NCBI GenBank assembly: GCA_963748815.1
Contig: CAVVKJ010000010.1
Coordinates: 160,001-224,000, forward strand
Reading direction: 5' to 3'
Length of the DNA: 64,000 bases
DNA from: an uncultured Gemmatimonadales bacterium
GTDB taxonomy: Bacteria; Gemmatimonadota; Gemmatimonadetes; Gemmatimonadales; GWC2-71-9
The notes below the pieces were generated by a model. It had not been told where the DNA came from, made no database searches, and saw only the letters and a list, made by a program, of their open reading frames with translations. This document shows positions 1-10,468 of this stretch, one piece after another; positions within the stretch are counted from its first letter, which is position 1; each line of letters starts with the position of its first letter. Both the position numbers and the translations under genes were made by a program.

Positions 1-113
1 GTCGGTCTTGGAGATCGAGGAGGAGGGCCAACTGGCAGTGAGGGGGTGGGCGATTCTGGCGGATTGGGGGGAATTCTCGTGTTACGCACCCGTCCGGTCG
101 GGCCGGAATGCCC

Positions 114-464
114 TCATTTGCGGGGAGCCCGGCGGGGCTTCTTCCGCCGGGCAACGCTCAGCGCCGCCTCTACCCATGCCGGCAACTCCTCGGGGTCTTC
201 GAGCACGCCCTCCGGCACCGCGTAGTACTGCATGCTCCCACCGCCCGGCCCGTAGGGCTCGAACGGGCCCATCCCCTGGCGTTCGAACATCGCCCGGTTG
301 CCGTCGTCCACCTTGAAGTAGACGGTGTCCTCATCGATAAGCGCAAAGAACAGCTCCCCACTGTAGATCCCGACGCCGCCGAACATCGCCCGGGCACGAA
401 TGCCGGGTGTCGCGCGGCCGAGCTGCTCGAGCACGTAGGCACGGAATGAGGGTGTGATGGCCAT
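114..464 (-). CDS. TfoX/Sxy N-terminal domain protein
   Basis: Motif RAMFGGVGIY...FALIDEDTVYFKVD...M.YYAVP typical of TfoX_N. Confidence 0.85.
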   Translation of the reverse strand: MAITPSFRAYVLEQLGRATPGIRARAMFGGVGIYSGELFFALIDEDTVYFKVDDGNRAMFERQGMGPFEPYGPGGGSMQYYAVPEGVLEDPEELPAWVEAALSVARRKKPRRAPRK

Positions 465-470
465 GCGGGT

Positions 471-707
471 TCAGTCGGGGCGGCGGGGCCGCGCAGCGGA
501 GTCCCAGCCGTCGCGGCGTCGTGCGCGATGGGCAAGGACGCCCAAGGCAACCATGACGCCCAAGGCGACGCCGGCCGTGGCCGCCAGCGGCAGGCGGTCA
601 GCGGAGACCGCCGCGCCAAGAGCGACGACTGCGGCAGCCGCAACAAGAAAACGGAGCAACCCGGTCAATCCAATCGACCTCGCTGTGCCAGTCCGCGATT
701 CGTTCAT
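471..707 (-). CDS. Small membrane protein (2 TM)
   Basis: Start trimmed to ATG at 707 (MNESRT); two hydrophobic stretches; packed between neighbours. Confidence 0.55.
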   Translation of the reverse strand: MNESRTGTARSIGLTGLLRFLVAAAAVVALGAAVSADRLPLAATAGVALGVMVALGVLAHRARRRDGWDSAARPRRPD

Positions 708-711
708 GGTA

Positions 712-2109
712 TTACGACCCCTCGTGTGCCCGGAGTTGGGCAATCGCCGCCTCGAGGGCGGCGTCCCGGTTGCCCTGGAAGTCCTGCACCGTGCGGGGGA
801 CGAACTGGGTCGGCTGCACGCCGTGTCCGACAAGGTCGGTCCCGACGTTCGCCGAGGTGGAAACGCGGGCCGAGCCGCCGCCGGGAAGGCCAAAGCCCAC
901 CGGGTCGCCGGTGCTGCCGCCGGTCGGCTCGCCGATGATCGCGCCGCGATTCATCATCCGAAAGCTCTCGGCAAAGACGTCGGTCGCCGAGATTGACCGG
1001 GGGCCGATCAGCAGGACGACCGGCTTGGCGTAGTAGTCGGCTGGCTTCCCCTTCCAGGTTTGCGGGTCCGCCGTGTACCAGGCGCCGGCCGTCCCCCACG
1101 CCCGTCGCGTCGGAACATACTGGCGCGATTTCCACCGGGGCAGGGCGAAGGCCTCCGCGGAGAGGAAACCAAGCAGCTCGTACGCGATCATCCCGCTGCC
1201 ACCGTCATTCTGCCGCAGGTCCAGGATCAGCCCGTTGCTCCCCTGGATCTGGGGCCACGCGGCCATGAACGGCTTCTCAATCTCCGGGTCCCCGAACGAG
1301 TTGATGGCCACGTAGGCGAGGTTGCCCGGGAGCAGGCGGAACTCGAACGCGGGAAGGGTGCTGACGTCGGTGTATCCCGATCGAGGTAGCCGCCGGCTGA
1401 ACTCGGTGCCGTTGGGCCGCCGGAAACCCGCTGCGACCGGTTGCTCCCGGTTGCCGGAAAGCAGGCCGTAGGTGTATCGGAGCACCTCGGTGTGCTGGGG
1501 CGAATTGCTGCACTGGTACGGCGCTCGATTCCGTTCCACGTAGGTTGCCACCGGCGTGCCGTCGATCGACACCAGTTCGAGCCCCCGGGTAACGCCCAGG
1601 GAATCGAGCGAGGGGCTCTCGACCGCGGCGACAAACACCCGGTGTTCGATGACCTCGAGCCGCAGCGGCGGGGCGCCCTCGCGGTCGGCGAGCTGTTTGG
1701 GCAGGAAGACATCGGTGTGGCCGTCGCAGAGCAGCGCCACCATCGACTGCAGGATCTTGTAGTAGTCATACGTGCTCGTGGTGGCACGTACCTTGGGGAT
1801 GTAGTCGACGAATGTCTTGTCCCAGTCCAGGTCGGGCACCTGGGCGAAATTGGGAAAGTTGATCTTCACTTCCATCCACAGCCGGCTCAGCCCGGCAATC
1901 TTGTCATTCTCGGAGAGATTCTCGGCGAAGGGAGTTCCCCACGCGGCAGAACTGCCCCAGATGACACCGTCGCGTGCCAGCAGGGTCTGGCGCGAGGGAG
2001 CCGGAGCCTGCGCCGGAAGGGAGGTGGCTGACAGCGCGAGGGCCAGCGCGATAAGTGTCAGGCGTCGGGTCGGTATCGTGCCGGTGCCGGGCGCGAGCGT
2101 GGTCGTCAA
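712..2109 (-). CDS. S41 family peptidase (tail-specific protease-like), secreted
   Basis: Signal peptide; DGHT, LILDLRQNDGGS, SISATD, IIGEPTGG motifs. Confidence 0.88.
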   Translation of the reverse strand: MTTTLAPGTGTIPTRRLTLIALALALSATSLPAQAPAPSRQTLLARDGVIWGSSAAWGTPFAENLSENDKIAGLSRLWMEVKINFPNFAQVPDLDWDKTFVDYIPKVRATTSTYDYYKILQSMVALLCDGHTDVFLPKQLADREGAPPLRLEVIEHRVFVAAVESPSLDSLGVTRGLELVSIDGTPVATYVERNRAPYQCSNSPQHTEVLRYTYGLLSGNREQPVAAGFRRPNGTEFSRRLPRSGYTDVSTLPAFEFRLLPGNLAYVAINSFGDPEIEKPFMAAWPQIQGSNGLILDLRQNDGGSGMIAYELLGFLSAEAFALPRWKSRQYVPTRRAWGTAGAWYTADPQTWKGKPADYYAKPVVLLIGPRSISATDVFAESFRMMNRGAIIGEPTGGSTGDPVGFGLPGGGSARVSTSANVGTDLVGHGVQPTQFVPRTVQDFQGNRDAALEAAIAQLRAHEGS

Positions 2110-2631
2110 TCAGTCCTCCGTGGGGACGGGGTCGGTGCCGGGGCGATCGGTGGAGGCGATCGCGACGAGTTGCCAGGCGCCGCCTTCCTTTTCATACACT
2201 TCGAGCCACGCGTAGGTGGTGTGAGCCACCGCGGGGTCGGCGGTGGTGTCCGCTGCCCGCACGCGCACCTCCTTCTGCACGATGACATACGCCATGTGCC
2301 CGTCGGGGGAAATGCGCACCGCGGGAGGGACCAAGTCGTCCCAGGCCAGGAAGGTGGATCGATCGAAATAGGCCTGAAACCGCGCGCGGCTCATCGCCGC
2401 TGTGGGCGCCTCCACGGTGCCCCGCGAAATGCTCCGGAAGCTGTCGGCAAAGGTGGCCACAAGCAGGTCGGCCCGCCGCTGGAGGTGGGCCTCGTGATGG
2501 ACCTCATGAATCCTGAGGAGTTCGGCGCGGTCGGCCGCCAGGTCCGGCTGGGAGGCGCACGCCGCCAGCAACACCAGCGCCGCCAGCGGACGCGGCAACG
2601 CGCCCACCCCGATTCGGGCTACTGGCGGCAC
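2110..2631 (-). CDS. NTF2-like/DUF4440 lipoprotein
   Basis: Lipobox LAAC; C-terminal EVYEKEGGAWQLVA typical of NTF2-like folds; GTG start at 2631 inferred. Confidence 0.65.
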   Translation of the reverse strand: MPPVARIGVGALPRPLAALVLLAACASQPDLAADRAELLRIHEVHHEAHLQRRADLLVATFADSFRSISRGTVEAPTAAMSRARFQAYFDRSTFLAWDDLVPPAVRISPDGHMAYVIVQKEVRVRAADTTADPAVAHTTYAWLEVYEKEGGAWQLVAIASTDRPGTDPVPTED

Positions 2632-4298
2632 GGCGCGTTCGGATCCAGTCGGGGCCCGTTGAGCGCCGGACGCATATCGGCGTTGGCCACCTCGGAGGCG
2701 AAGAGGTAGACCAGGCTGGTGACCCGGGCGAGCGCGGCATAGTCGATGTACTGCGGTTCGTCGGTCACCTGGTGGTAGTCCAGGTGTTCCCCGCGCGAGA
2801 GCGCCACGGCGGGGATGCCGTAGCGGGCGTAGCTGTAGTGGTCGGCCCGGCAATAGTACTGCAGCGGGTGCCCTGGCTGGTCATAGGTCAGGTTGAAGAC
2901 GAACGGATCCGGGAGCTTGGCATTGGCCGCGGTGAGCATGTCGCCGAACTGGGTGGACAGCCGCCAGGCGCCAATCACCTCCAGGTACGCCGGCCCTCCC
3001 TCCGGCAGGTCGTCACTCCCTCCCCGGCCGATCATGTCCTGGTCGATTTCGGCGACGATCGAGTCGCGGGGCACCGTCGGATGCTCGGCGTACCAGAGCG
3101 AGCCGAGGAGGCCGTACTCCTCGCCGGTATGGGAAACGAAGAGCAGCGAGCGTCGGGGCTTCGTGGGCTGGGCCGAAAAGACCCGCGCGAGTTCGAGGAG
3201 CGACACGGTGCCGGTCCCGTCGTCGTCCGCCCCGTTCTGGATCGAATCGGGGCGGGGTGGGAACTTCGCCCGCAGGCTGTCCAGGATGGCCCGGATCCGT
3301 GCCCACTCGTCGGTCGTCGGGGTCCGATTGGGGGTGTCGGCCCCCATCGGGCGCATGACCCGGAGGTAGGCCCGCATCGAATCGTGGTCGACCGGCGCCG
3401 TTCCCGTCAGGCCGACGTGGTCATTGTGGGCGGAGAGCGCCACGTATTCGTGGCGCAACCGAGGGTCGGAGCCGGGAAGAATGGCCACCACGTTGCGCGC
3501 AGCATACGGGGTCGGGTCGCCGACCATGCTGGCGGAGCCGGAGACACGGTTGCCTGCGGCACCGGGGCTGAGTTGAGCGAGCGGGGTGCGGAAGAGGATC
3601 TGCGCACCCTGGGGGGTCACGAGAACGAGCGGGGGCAACTCGCCCACGGCGCCTTGCTGACTGACCGTCAATCGGCCATCGAGTGAGGCACGGCGATTGG
3701 CCACCGAGAGGAGATCGAGCTCGGCGAGAACGACCGCCGCGGCCGTCCGCCAGTGCGCCTCCGTGCCGATGACGCGCGTCCCGATGTAGCGGCGCTGCCC
3801 CGCTGCGTCGGGCTTGAGTGTGAGCACCACGACCTTGCCGGCGGCGGCTTCGGTGGGAATCCAACTGGCCGGATCGTTCGCGTCGCCGCCGTACACGGCC
3901 TCGACGTCGTTGAGCGCGAGCGGACGGTTGGGCAGCCAGGTAGCAGGGAGAAAGTCCTCGCCGAGCACGAGTGAGGCCCCGCCGGACTGGAGCGAGGTCG
4001 TGCTCGACAGGCGCTCGAAGACGAAGGGGACCCGCTGGAAGTAGGTCCCCGAATCACCGGCGGGCGTCAGCCCGAGCCGCTGAAATTCCGAGGCGATGTA
4101 TTCGGTGGCGAGGAAGTTGCCGCGTGACCCCGGTTCCCGCCCACCCATCGAGTCGTCCGCCAGGCGGAAGAGGTCCGCCCGGGAGCGATCCCCCTGCACC
4201 GGCGGCCACGCCAGCGGTGCCTGGGCGGTGGCGGAGTCGGGGAGGCTGGAAAGGAGGAGGCAACCGAGGAGAAGCAGGGATGGGCGGCAAGACGGCAT
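2619..4298 (-). CDS. M28 family metallopeptidase with PA-like insert, secreted
   Basis: SAHNDH, NGADDDGTG, GEEYGLLGS, DMIGR, DYHQVTD motifs; start trimmed to ATG 4298. Confidence 0.9.
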   Translation of the reverse strand: MPSCRPSLLLLGCLLLSSLPDSATAQAPLAWPPVQGDRSRADLFRLADDSMGGREPGSRGNFLATEYIASEFQRLGLTPAGDSGTYFQRVPFVFERLSSTTSLQSGGASLVLGEDFLPATWLPNRPLALNDVEAVYGGDANDPASWIPTEAAAGKVVVLTLKPDAAGQRRYIGTRVIGTEAHWRTAAAVVLAELDLLSVANRRASLDGRLTVSQQGAVGELPPLVLVTPQGAQILFRTPLAQLSPGAAGNRVSGSASMVGDPTPYAARNVVAILPGSDPRLRHEYVALSAHNDHVGLTGTAPVDHDSMRAYLRVMRPMGADTPNRTPTTDEWARIRAILDSLRAKFPPRPDSIQNGADDDGTGTVSLLELARVFSAQPTKPRRSLLFVSHTGEEYGLLGSLWYAEHPTVPRDSIVAEIDQDMIGRGGSDDLPEGGPAYLEVIGAWRLSTQFGDMLTAANAKLPDPFVFNLTYDQPGHPLQYYCRADHYSYARYGIPAVALSRGEHLDYHQVTDEPQYIDYAALARVTSLVYLFASEVANADMRPALNGPRLDPNAPCRQ

Positions 4299-4401
4299 CG
4301 TGGATGGCTCCCCCAGGGTGGCGACACGATCTGCTATCAGATGGTATCTCCTACGGGGATGGCGCTGAAAAGTGTCGGGGGGCCGGGCCTGATGGACCCG
4401 G

Positions 4402-7400
4402 CTAGAGCGGGCGCGCGGGGGCCTCCGACAGCACGCGATCGAGGGTCGAGAGCAGGTGATCGATGTCGGCGGCATCCACGGTCAGCGGCGGTCGGATCTT
4501 CAGGACGTTGTCGGCGGGTCCTTCGGTGCCGAGGAGGATGCGCTCCTGCCGCAACCGATTCTTGACGTACTGTGCCACGCGCGTGGCCGGTTCGCGGGTC
4601 GTTCGGTCGCCCACCAGGTCCACGCCGACGAACAGCCCAATGCCACGCACGTCGCCAATGATTCGATGGCGTTCCTGCAGCTCCCGCAACCCGGCGAGGA
4701 GGTATCCGCCGGTCGAGTCGGCGTTCTCCTGCAGCCCCTCCTCGTCCACGATCCGCAGCACTTCCGCTCCGATGCGGCAGGAAAGAGTGCTGCCACCGAA
4801 GGTCGAAAAGAACTCGATCCCATTGTCAAAGGAGCGCGCGATCTCCGTCGTGGTGACGACGGCCCCGATCGGGTGCCCGTTCCCGAGCGGCTTGCCGAGC
4901 ACGACGATGTCGGGCTCTGCCCGCTGTTCCTCGAATCCCCAGTAGTACGAGCCCAGGCGGCCCAGCCCGGTCTGGACTTCGTCGGCGATGCAGACCCCTC
5001 CGGCGGCGCGGATCCGCCGGTACACCGCATCGAGATAGCCGGCCGGAGGAATGATCTGTCCCGCGACGCTGGGAAAGCTCTCCGCGATGAAGCCGGCGAG
5101 TCGGCCCCCCCGGGCCGCGATTCGTGCGAGGGCAGCATCGACGGTGCCCGCATATCGATCCGCCGCATCCGCCCCGCGATGAATGCCGCGGTAGGTGTCC
5201 GGGACCGGCACGACATGAACCCACTCGGGTGCGCCCCCGCCACCCGGTTTGTCGAACTTGTACGCCGAGATATCGATGGCCCCGGTGGTGTTGCCGTGGT
5301 AGCCGTGGTCCACGACCACCATGTCCTTCCCGCCGGTGTGCGCGCGCGCCAGCCGGAGCGCCAATTCGTTGGCCTCGCTGCCGGAGTTGACCAGGAAGAC
5401 GTGGGTCATCTGGGCGGGCATCCTGGCCAGCAGCGCCTCGGCGAACTCGACCTGGGCCGGGTGCAGGTACCGGGTATTCGTGTTCAGGCGCGCCATCTGG
5501 TCGCGCGCGATGGCCGCGAGGCGGGGATGCGCGTGCCCCACATGGGGCACGTTGTTGTACGCGTCGAGGTGCGGCCGCCCCCACTGGTCATAGAGATGCG
5601 TCCGCCAACCGCGGACGAAGAGGCAGGGCTCCGCGTAGCTCAGCCGGAGGTTGGCGGCAAAATGGGCCGCGCGCTCCTTGCCGATGGCAGTGACATCGAG
5701 CGGGGAGTACGCCACCGGCTCATCGGGGAGGTTCAGCAGTGCGGCGGGGTTGGGACAGAGCGCCTCCCAAAGCGAACGGTCGTCCGGGTCGGCGACGCCG
5801 GGCCAGTTGGCAGGCATGGTATCGGGGGCGACCGCGAGCTGGAAATGGAGATGCGGCTGCCAGCCACCATTGTCCTCGGGCGTCCCGAAGGACGCGAATC
5901 GAGTACCCTTGCCGATGCGCTGGCCCGGTGAGAGGGCGCGAACCGAGGCCGGCGAGAGGTGGCCGTAGAGAGTCACGAATTCGTCGCCGGCCGGAGTCAT
6001 GTGGCGGAGCACGACCATCCCGCCGTAGTCGAGGTGTCCTTCCCGAACCTCGATGGTTTCAACGACGGCGTCGCACGGCGCGTGCACGGCGGTGCCGGCC
6101 TCCATGAAGATGTCGATGCCGAGATGCACCGTGCGCCGCGCGGAGCCGCGGTAGGAGGCGGCACGGAAGGCGGCGTCGGTGTAGACGCCGCGGGGTTCGC
6201 CGTAGCGGCCGATCCATGCCGTGCGGCCGCGGACCTCGGGCCCGAGCGACAGCGCCTCTGCCGCGTGCATCTGTTCGAGGTCTTGCGGCGCCGCCGAGTC
6301 GGACAGGGAGAGGGAGACGACCGGGGCGGAGGTGAGGTCGGCGGAAACCACCGGGGCAAAGCGCCCTCGCGAGGCCTGCAGCCACGACAGCACCCGCCCG
6401 GCGGCCTCCGTCGCGGGGAGGCCGCACGCGGTGCGGAGGCAAGCGGTGACGCGGGCCTCCGACATGCCTGCCGCGCGCTCAAGGAAGCGCCAGGCGGGAG
6501 CCTCCGAGACGACCACATAGGGATCGTCCGGCCGTTCCGCCTTCACCAGTGCCGAGTTGACGACGCTGAGGGCCAGTCGGGTCAGCAGGAGGGGCCAAAT
6601 GAGTGCGATCTGTTCGCCTGACAGCGGCGAATGGGCGTGGTAGCCGGCAACCAGCGCGGCGATCGCGCGTTCCGGGTGCGGATGATCGAGTGCGACATAC
6701 GCCGCGGCGATGGCCACCTCCGCCACGACGGGGCCGTCGATCATGTCGCCCAGGTCGAGGAGGCCGCTGACGAACGGCGTGCCGTCGTCACCCGACGCAA
6801 CGAGAATGTTGTAGTCGTTGACGTCGTTGTGAATGGGTGCCAGCGGCTGGCGGAGGAGCGCCGGCAGGATCTCGGCGTGACGCGCCAGCACGCCGCCGAG
6901 CAACGCCCGGCGGTCAGGATCCTCGACGAGGTCGACATGCGGGGCGATCCACCCGGCTTGCCGCAGGTCCCACTTCATGTCCCGCTGCAGTTGCGGGTGC
7001 GTGAAGCCGATCAGCGCGCGGTCCAGGCGGGCCACGCGGCCGCCGAGCTCGTGGATGAGTGGGAGGGGGTGGGGGAGGGTGGTGGCGTACACCTGTCCTG
7101 GCAGGGCGGCGAGCAGCCACAGGAAGCGGGGTTGCCCACGCTCGTCCGGCCGGGCACACCACAGCCGTCCCGACGGAAGCGGGATGACCGGCGGGACCGG
7201 GACCGCGTCGTCGTGCGCCCGGATGTGCGCGTGGGCCGTGCAGAGCAGGTCGACGAACGCCTCGTCGGACGACGCCCGCATGACCTTGAGCACGAACCGC
7301 CGTCCGTCGCCGGCGTCGACCCGAAAGTTCAGGTCGAACTCCCCGGGCAGGGGCGCCAGCTCGCCCGCGATGCCCCAGGCGTCGTGCAGCTGCGCGGCCC

Positions 7401-7422
7401 AGTAGGTCCTGCCGTCCGTCAT
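4402..7422 (-). CDS. Fusion: APH-type kinase + M23-like domain + class III PLP aminotransferase/phospho-lyase
   Basis: IHNDVNDYNIL and LDLGD (kinase); HLGIDI, LYGHL, PHLHFQ (M23); NNVPHVGH, SGSEANE, DEVQTG, GKPLGNG (class III). Confidence 0.9.
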   Translation of the reverse strand: MTDGRTYWAAQLHDAWGIAGELAPLPGEFDLNFRVDAGDGRRFVLKVMRASSDEAFVDLLCTAHAHIRAHDDAVPVPPVIPLPSGRLWCARPDERGQPRFLWLLAALPGQVYATTLPHPLPLIHELGGRVARLDRALIGFTHPQLQRDMKWDLRQAGWIAPHVDLVEDPDRRALLGGVLARHAEILPALLRQPLAPIHNDVNDYNILVASGDDGTPFVSGLLDLGDMIDGPVVAEVAIAAAYVALDHPHPERAIAALVAGYHAHSPLSGEQIALIWPLLLTRLALSVVNSALVKAERPDDPYVVVSEAPAWRFLERAAGMSEARVTACLRTACGLPATEAAGRVLSWLQASRGRFAPVVSADLTSAPVVSLSLSDSAAPQDLEQMHAAEALSLGPEVRGRTAWIGRYGEPRGVYTDAAFRAASYRGSARRTVHLGIDIFMEAGTAVHAPCDAVVETIEVREGHLDYGGMVVLRHMTPAGDEFVTLYGHLSPASVRALSPGQRIGKGTRFASFGTPEDNGGWQPHLHFQLAVAPDTMPANWPGVADPDDRSLWEALCPNPAALLNLPDEPVAYSPLDVTAIGKERAAHFAANLRLSYAEPCLFVRGWRTHLYDQWGRPHLDAYNNVPHVGHAHPRLAAIARDQMARLNTNTRYLHPAQVEFAEALLARMPAQMTHVFLVNSGSEANELALRLARAHTGGKDMVVVDHGYHGNTTGAIDISAYKFDKPGGGGAPEWVHVVPVPDTYRGIHRGADAADRYAGTVDAALARIAARGGRLAGFIAESFPSVAGQIIPPAGYLDAVYRRIRAAGGVCIADEVQTGLGRLGSYYWGFEEQRAEPDIVVLGKPLGNGHPIGAVVTTTEIARSFDNGIEFFSTFGGSTLSCRIGAEVLRIVDEEGLQENADSTGGYLLAGLRELQERHRIIGDVRGIGLFVGVDLVGDRTTREPATRVAQYVKNRLRQERILLGTEGPADNVLKIRPPLTVDAADIDHLLSTLDRVLSEAPARPL

Positions 7423-7884
7423 TTACGCGCCATCCGGAATCTCGGGCTCCACGAGGAGGGCCAGCAGGGTCAGCGACTCCTGCCACCCGAGGTAGCAGAA
7501 TTCCACGGGAATGGCCGCGGGAATCCCCTCCTGGACGACGGTGAGTTCGGTGCCGCAGGCGACCGGCGTGAACGCAATGGTGACCTGCATCTCGCCCGGG
7601 AGGTTCGGATCGTCGAAGCGGTCGGTGTAGCGGAGGCGCTCGTTCGGCGTCAGTTCGACGTACGTGCCCCCAAAGGAATGGCTCTTCCCAGTCCCGAAGT
7701 TGGTGAAGGACATCGTGTAGCCACCACCCACGCGGGCGTCCATCCGGTGGACCTTGCCGGTAAAGCCGTGCGGCGGCAGCCACTTCGCCATCGCGTCGGG
7801 GTCGAGAAAGGCCTTGTAGACCTTCGCTGGCGGCGCGCGGAGGACGCGATGCAGGCGGACGGTGTTTGCCGTGGGAGTCGTCAT
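7423..7884 (-). CDS. SRPBCC/AHSA1 family protein
   Basis: LHRVLRAPPAKVYKAFLDPDAMAKWLPP...GWQESL; start trimmed to ATG 7884. Confidence 0.88.
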   Translation of the reverse strand: MTTPTANTVRLHRVLRAPPAKVYKAFLDPDAMAKWLPPHGFTGKVHRMDARVGGGYTMSFTNFGTGKSHSFGGTYVELTPNERLRYTDRFDDPNLPGEMQVTIAFTPVACGTELTVVQEGIPAAIPVEFCYLGWQESLTLLALLVEPEIPDGA

Positions 7885-8048
7885 GGGTTGGGTGCTCGCA
7901 GGGAAGGGGTTCGGGTCCAAGCAGGTTCCAAAATGTCGCGCGAGTGCCGATCTTGGACAACCCCGTGCGACCAACGGCCTCTCTCCGGCATCCCGGGGGT
8001 GCACCAACACGACTGTCCCGCTGCCGGCCCCAACCCACTGGAGCACCC

Positions 8049-8516
8049 GTGATAATCCGCACCGTCTTGAGCCTGGCCCTCGTCTGCACCACCCCGCTCG
8101 CCGCCCAGCAGTCGTCCTTCGTCGGCGTCTGGACCGTCTCCTATCCCGGCGGCGCCATGATGGATAACGGCGTCATGACTCCGATCATGGCCACCGGTAC
8201 CCTGTCCATCGCGGTCCAGGCCGACTCACTCGTTGGCAGCCTGGTCATGGATCCCAATCCCGAGCTCGGTGCCCGGCCCGAGGTGAGGATGACAGCCGCC
8301 GCCGGGGCGGGGGCAGCCACGTTCATTTCGCGGTCGGAGGCGACGTTGAGCACGAACGGCGATACGCAGAAGGCGACCGTCATCAGCACCTGGAAGCTGG
8401 CCGTGGCGGGAGACAGCCTGAGCGGGACGGTGGAACGGTCGTTGGAGGGGTTCGAGATGGGAAACCAGCCGCCGCAGCCGGTGAAGGGGGCGCGTCAGCG
8501 GAATTCGAATCCGTAG
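8049..8516 (+). CDS. Secreted beta-rich hypothetical protein
   Basis: GTG at 8049 preceded by GGAG; signal peptide ending PLAAQ; FVGVW motif. Confidence 0.7.
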   Translation: MIIRTVLSLALVCTTPLAAQQSSFVGVWTVSYPGGAMMDNGVMTPIMATGTLSIAVQADSLVGSLVMDPNPELGARPEVRMTAAAGAGAATFISRSEATLSTNGDTQKATVISTWKLAVAGDSLSGTVERSLEGFEMGNQPPQPVKGARQRNSNP

Positions 8517-8560
8517 AGGGCGCACCGGCTCGCAGCACCGGCGCTCGTTGACGGCCGTCA

Positions 8561-9844
8561 TCAGGTCGGCGAGCCAATCCGATCCAGCAAGACGGCCACC
8601 ATGGCCCGTATCCCGACCAGGATCGCCGCGTCGTCGGCCACGTAGGCGGCTGAGTGCGGCATCCCGACGGTGCCGGTGGCCGGATTGCTCACGCCGAGAA
8701 AGTACATCACGCCGGGCACCTCACCCTGGAATGAGCCGAAGTCCTCGCTGAACACCGGCGGAACGCCCTGCACCAGGACGACGGCGCTGTCTCCCATGAC
8801 CCGCCGGATGCTCCGGTTCGCGGCGGAGACCAGCGCCGTGTCGTTGGTCACCCCGGCGATCGCGAGGTCCTGGTAAGAGATGGAAGCAGCGACCTCCCGC
8901 AGTCGGAGCGCCTTCACACCGGCCATGATGGCTGCTCTCGCGCTAGCGCGGGCCTCGGCGCTCGCCGTCGTGATCGTTGCGCCCACGGTCCACCCTGCGC
9001 CATCGGCGGTGCGCCCCGACCGCGGGAACGCCTGTGCCATGATGAAGCCGTCGGGCGGGGCCTGGGCCATCTGGTCCGGTGGAATTGTGTTCACGCGCCA
9101 GATGAGGGCCCGGACCGAATCGGCGGCGGCGGAGAGGTCTCCCGATCCGCTGAGGGTCACGGTGACCCGGGCGCGGCCCGCCATCATGCCGCCGGGCGCG
9201 GTGCCGAGGGTGCCGACGTTATACGGCGCGGTATGCACTGCGTAGATGGCGTCGGGGCGCGTGGCGGCAAACACCCCACCTGCCAGCATCGCCTTGGCCC
9301 CGGTGGCATTCTCCTCGGCGGGCTGGAAGATGAGCATGACGGACCCCGCCAGGTCGGCGCGGACCGCCGCGAACGCTGCGGCGATGCCGAGGCCGATGGT
9401 GACGTGCACATCATGGCCGCAGATGTGGCGCACCCCGGGGTTGAGCGATCGGTACGCCACCGGATCGGGCGCGGCGGAGGGCACGGCGTCCATGTCGGCG
9501 CGAAACGCCACCATCGGGCCGGGCAGACCGCCGCGCAGGATCCCGACCACACCATGCCCCCCAACCCCCGCGGTCACCTCGTATCCGAGCGCCCGCAGTC
9601 GCGAGGCGACCAGTCCGGCGGTGCGCGCCTCGTTGGTCGAGGTTTCGGGGTGCTGATGGATGTCGTGGCGTACTTCGATGAGCGCGGCCTCTTCGGCGCG
9701 GACGGCGTTGACCATCCGGGTGTAGAGGGCCTGTGAGTCAACCGACTGGGCGACGGCAGGGGACCCGAGGCCCAGGCAGATGCTCGTGACAAGCGTGAGG
9801 CTGGCGAGCGTAGCGGACGTCCGGCGGCGGAGTGTCGTGAGCAC
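8561..9844 (-). CDS. M20D family amidohydrolase, secreted
   Basis: HQHPE, RADMDA, HICGHDVH, FQPAEE, SEDF motifs. Confidence 0.9.
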   Translation of the reverse strand: MLTTLRRRTSATLASLTLVTSICLGLGSPAVAQSVDSQALYTRMVNAVRAEEAALIEVRHDIHQHPETSTNEARTAGLVASRLRALGYEVTAGVGGHGVVGILRGGLPGPMVAFRADMDAVPSAAPDPVAYRSLNPGVRHICGHDVHVTIGLGIAAAFAAVRADLAGSVMLIFQPAEENATGAKAMLAGGVFAATRPDAIYAVHTAPYNVGTLGTAPGGMMAGRARVTVTLSGSGDLSAAADSVRALIWRVNTIPPDQMAQAPPDGFIMAQAFPRSGRTADGAGWTVGATITTASAEARASARAAIMAGVKALRLREVAASISYQDLAIAGVTNDTALVSAANRSIRRVMGDSAVVLVQGVPPVFSEDFGSFQGEVPGVMYFLGVSNPATGTVGMPHSAAYVADDAAILVGIRAMVAVLLDRIGSPT

Positions 9845-9877
9845 GGCTCGGCCTTGTGTGGCGGGGAATGGTCCTCC

Positions 9878-10468
9878 TTACGGCGATGTCCGGGGGCAGG
9901 TTTCCGCTCCCGGCGGGTCCGGCGCTCCGTAGCTGGCCCGCAGGAGCCGGGGCGGCAGGTCGTTGGGCAATTCGAGGACGAAGAGCGTGGCGTGCTCGCC
10001 GCCGCAGAGCTCGGGGACCTCGGGGCCACCGAGTGCGGCGATGATCACGCCGAGCGTGTTGGAATGGCCGATGACGAGCGCGGCGCTGCCGGGAGGCATC
10101 CCGCGGACCGCCGAGGCGATGCCGGCGGCCTGGGCGAGTTTGTTCCCCTGGATCGGGACGACGGTGGGGGTCAGGTGAAACGCGCCGGCGGTTGGCGCGG
10201 CGGTCGCGGACGTCCGGGGGTATTCCGAGACGAAGATGGCCTGCAGGGGGAAGCCGGCGAGGACGGCCCGCAATGCCTCAGCGCGCAGTTGCCCCGCCTC
10301 AGTGAGCCCGGAATTGCGGGTGGTGTCGACCTTTTCGGCGTGGCGGACGAGGACCACGGTGGAGGCCTGGGCGCCGGCCGTGGCGGGACGGGCCATGGCA
10401 GCGATGCACAGCGGAACCAGGCACCGCCATCGGCCCATCCGACGCGGCAGTACCGACCGCAGGGTCAC
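9878..10468 (-). CDS. Histidine phosphatase (phosphoglycerate mutase/SixA-like), secreted
   Basis: LVRHAEK and VIGHSNT motifs; GTG start overlapping the upstream stop (GTGA) inferred. Confidence 0.8.
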   Translation of the reverse strand: MTLRSVLPRRMGRWRCLVPLCIAAMARPATAGAQASTVVLVRHAEKVDTTRNSGLTEAGQLRAEALRAVLAGFPLQAIFVSEYPRTSATAAPTAGAFHLTPTVVPIQGNKLAQAAGIASAVRGMPPGSAALVIGHSNTLGVIIAALGGPEVPELCGGEHATLFVLELPNDLPPRLLRASYGAPDPPGAETCPRTSP

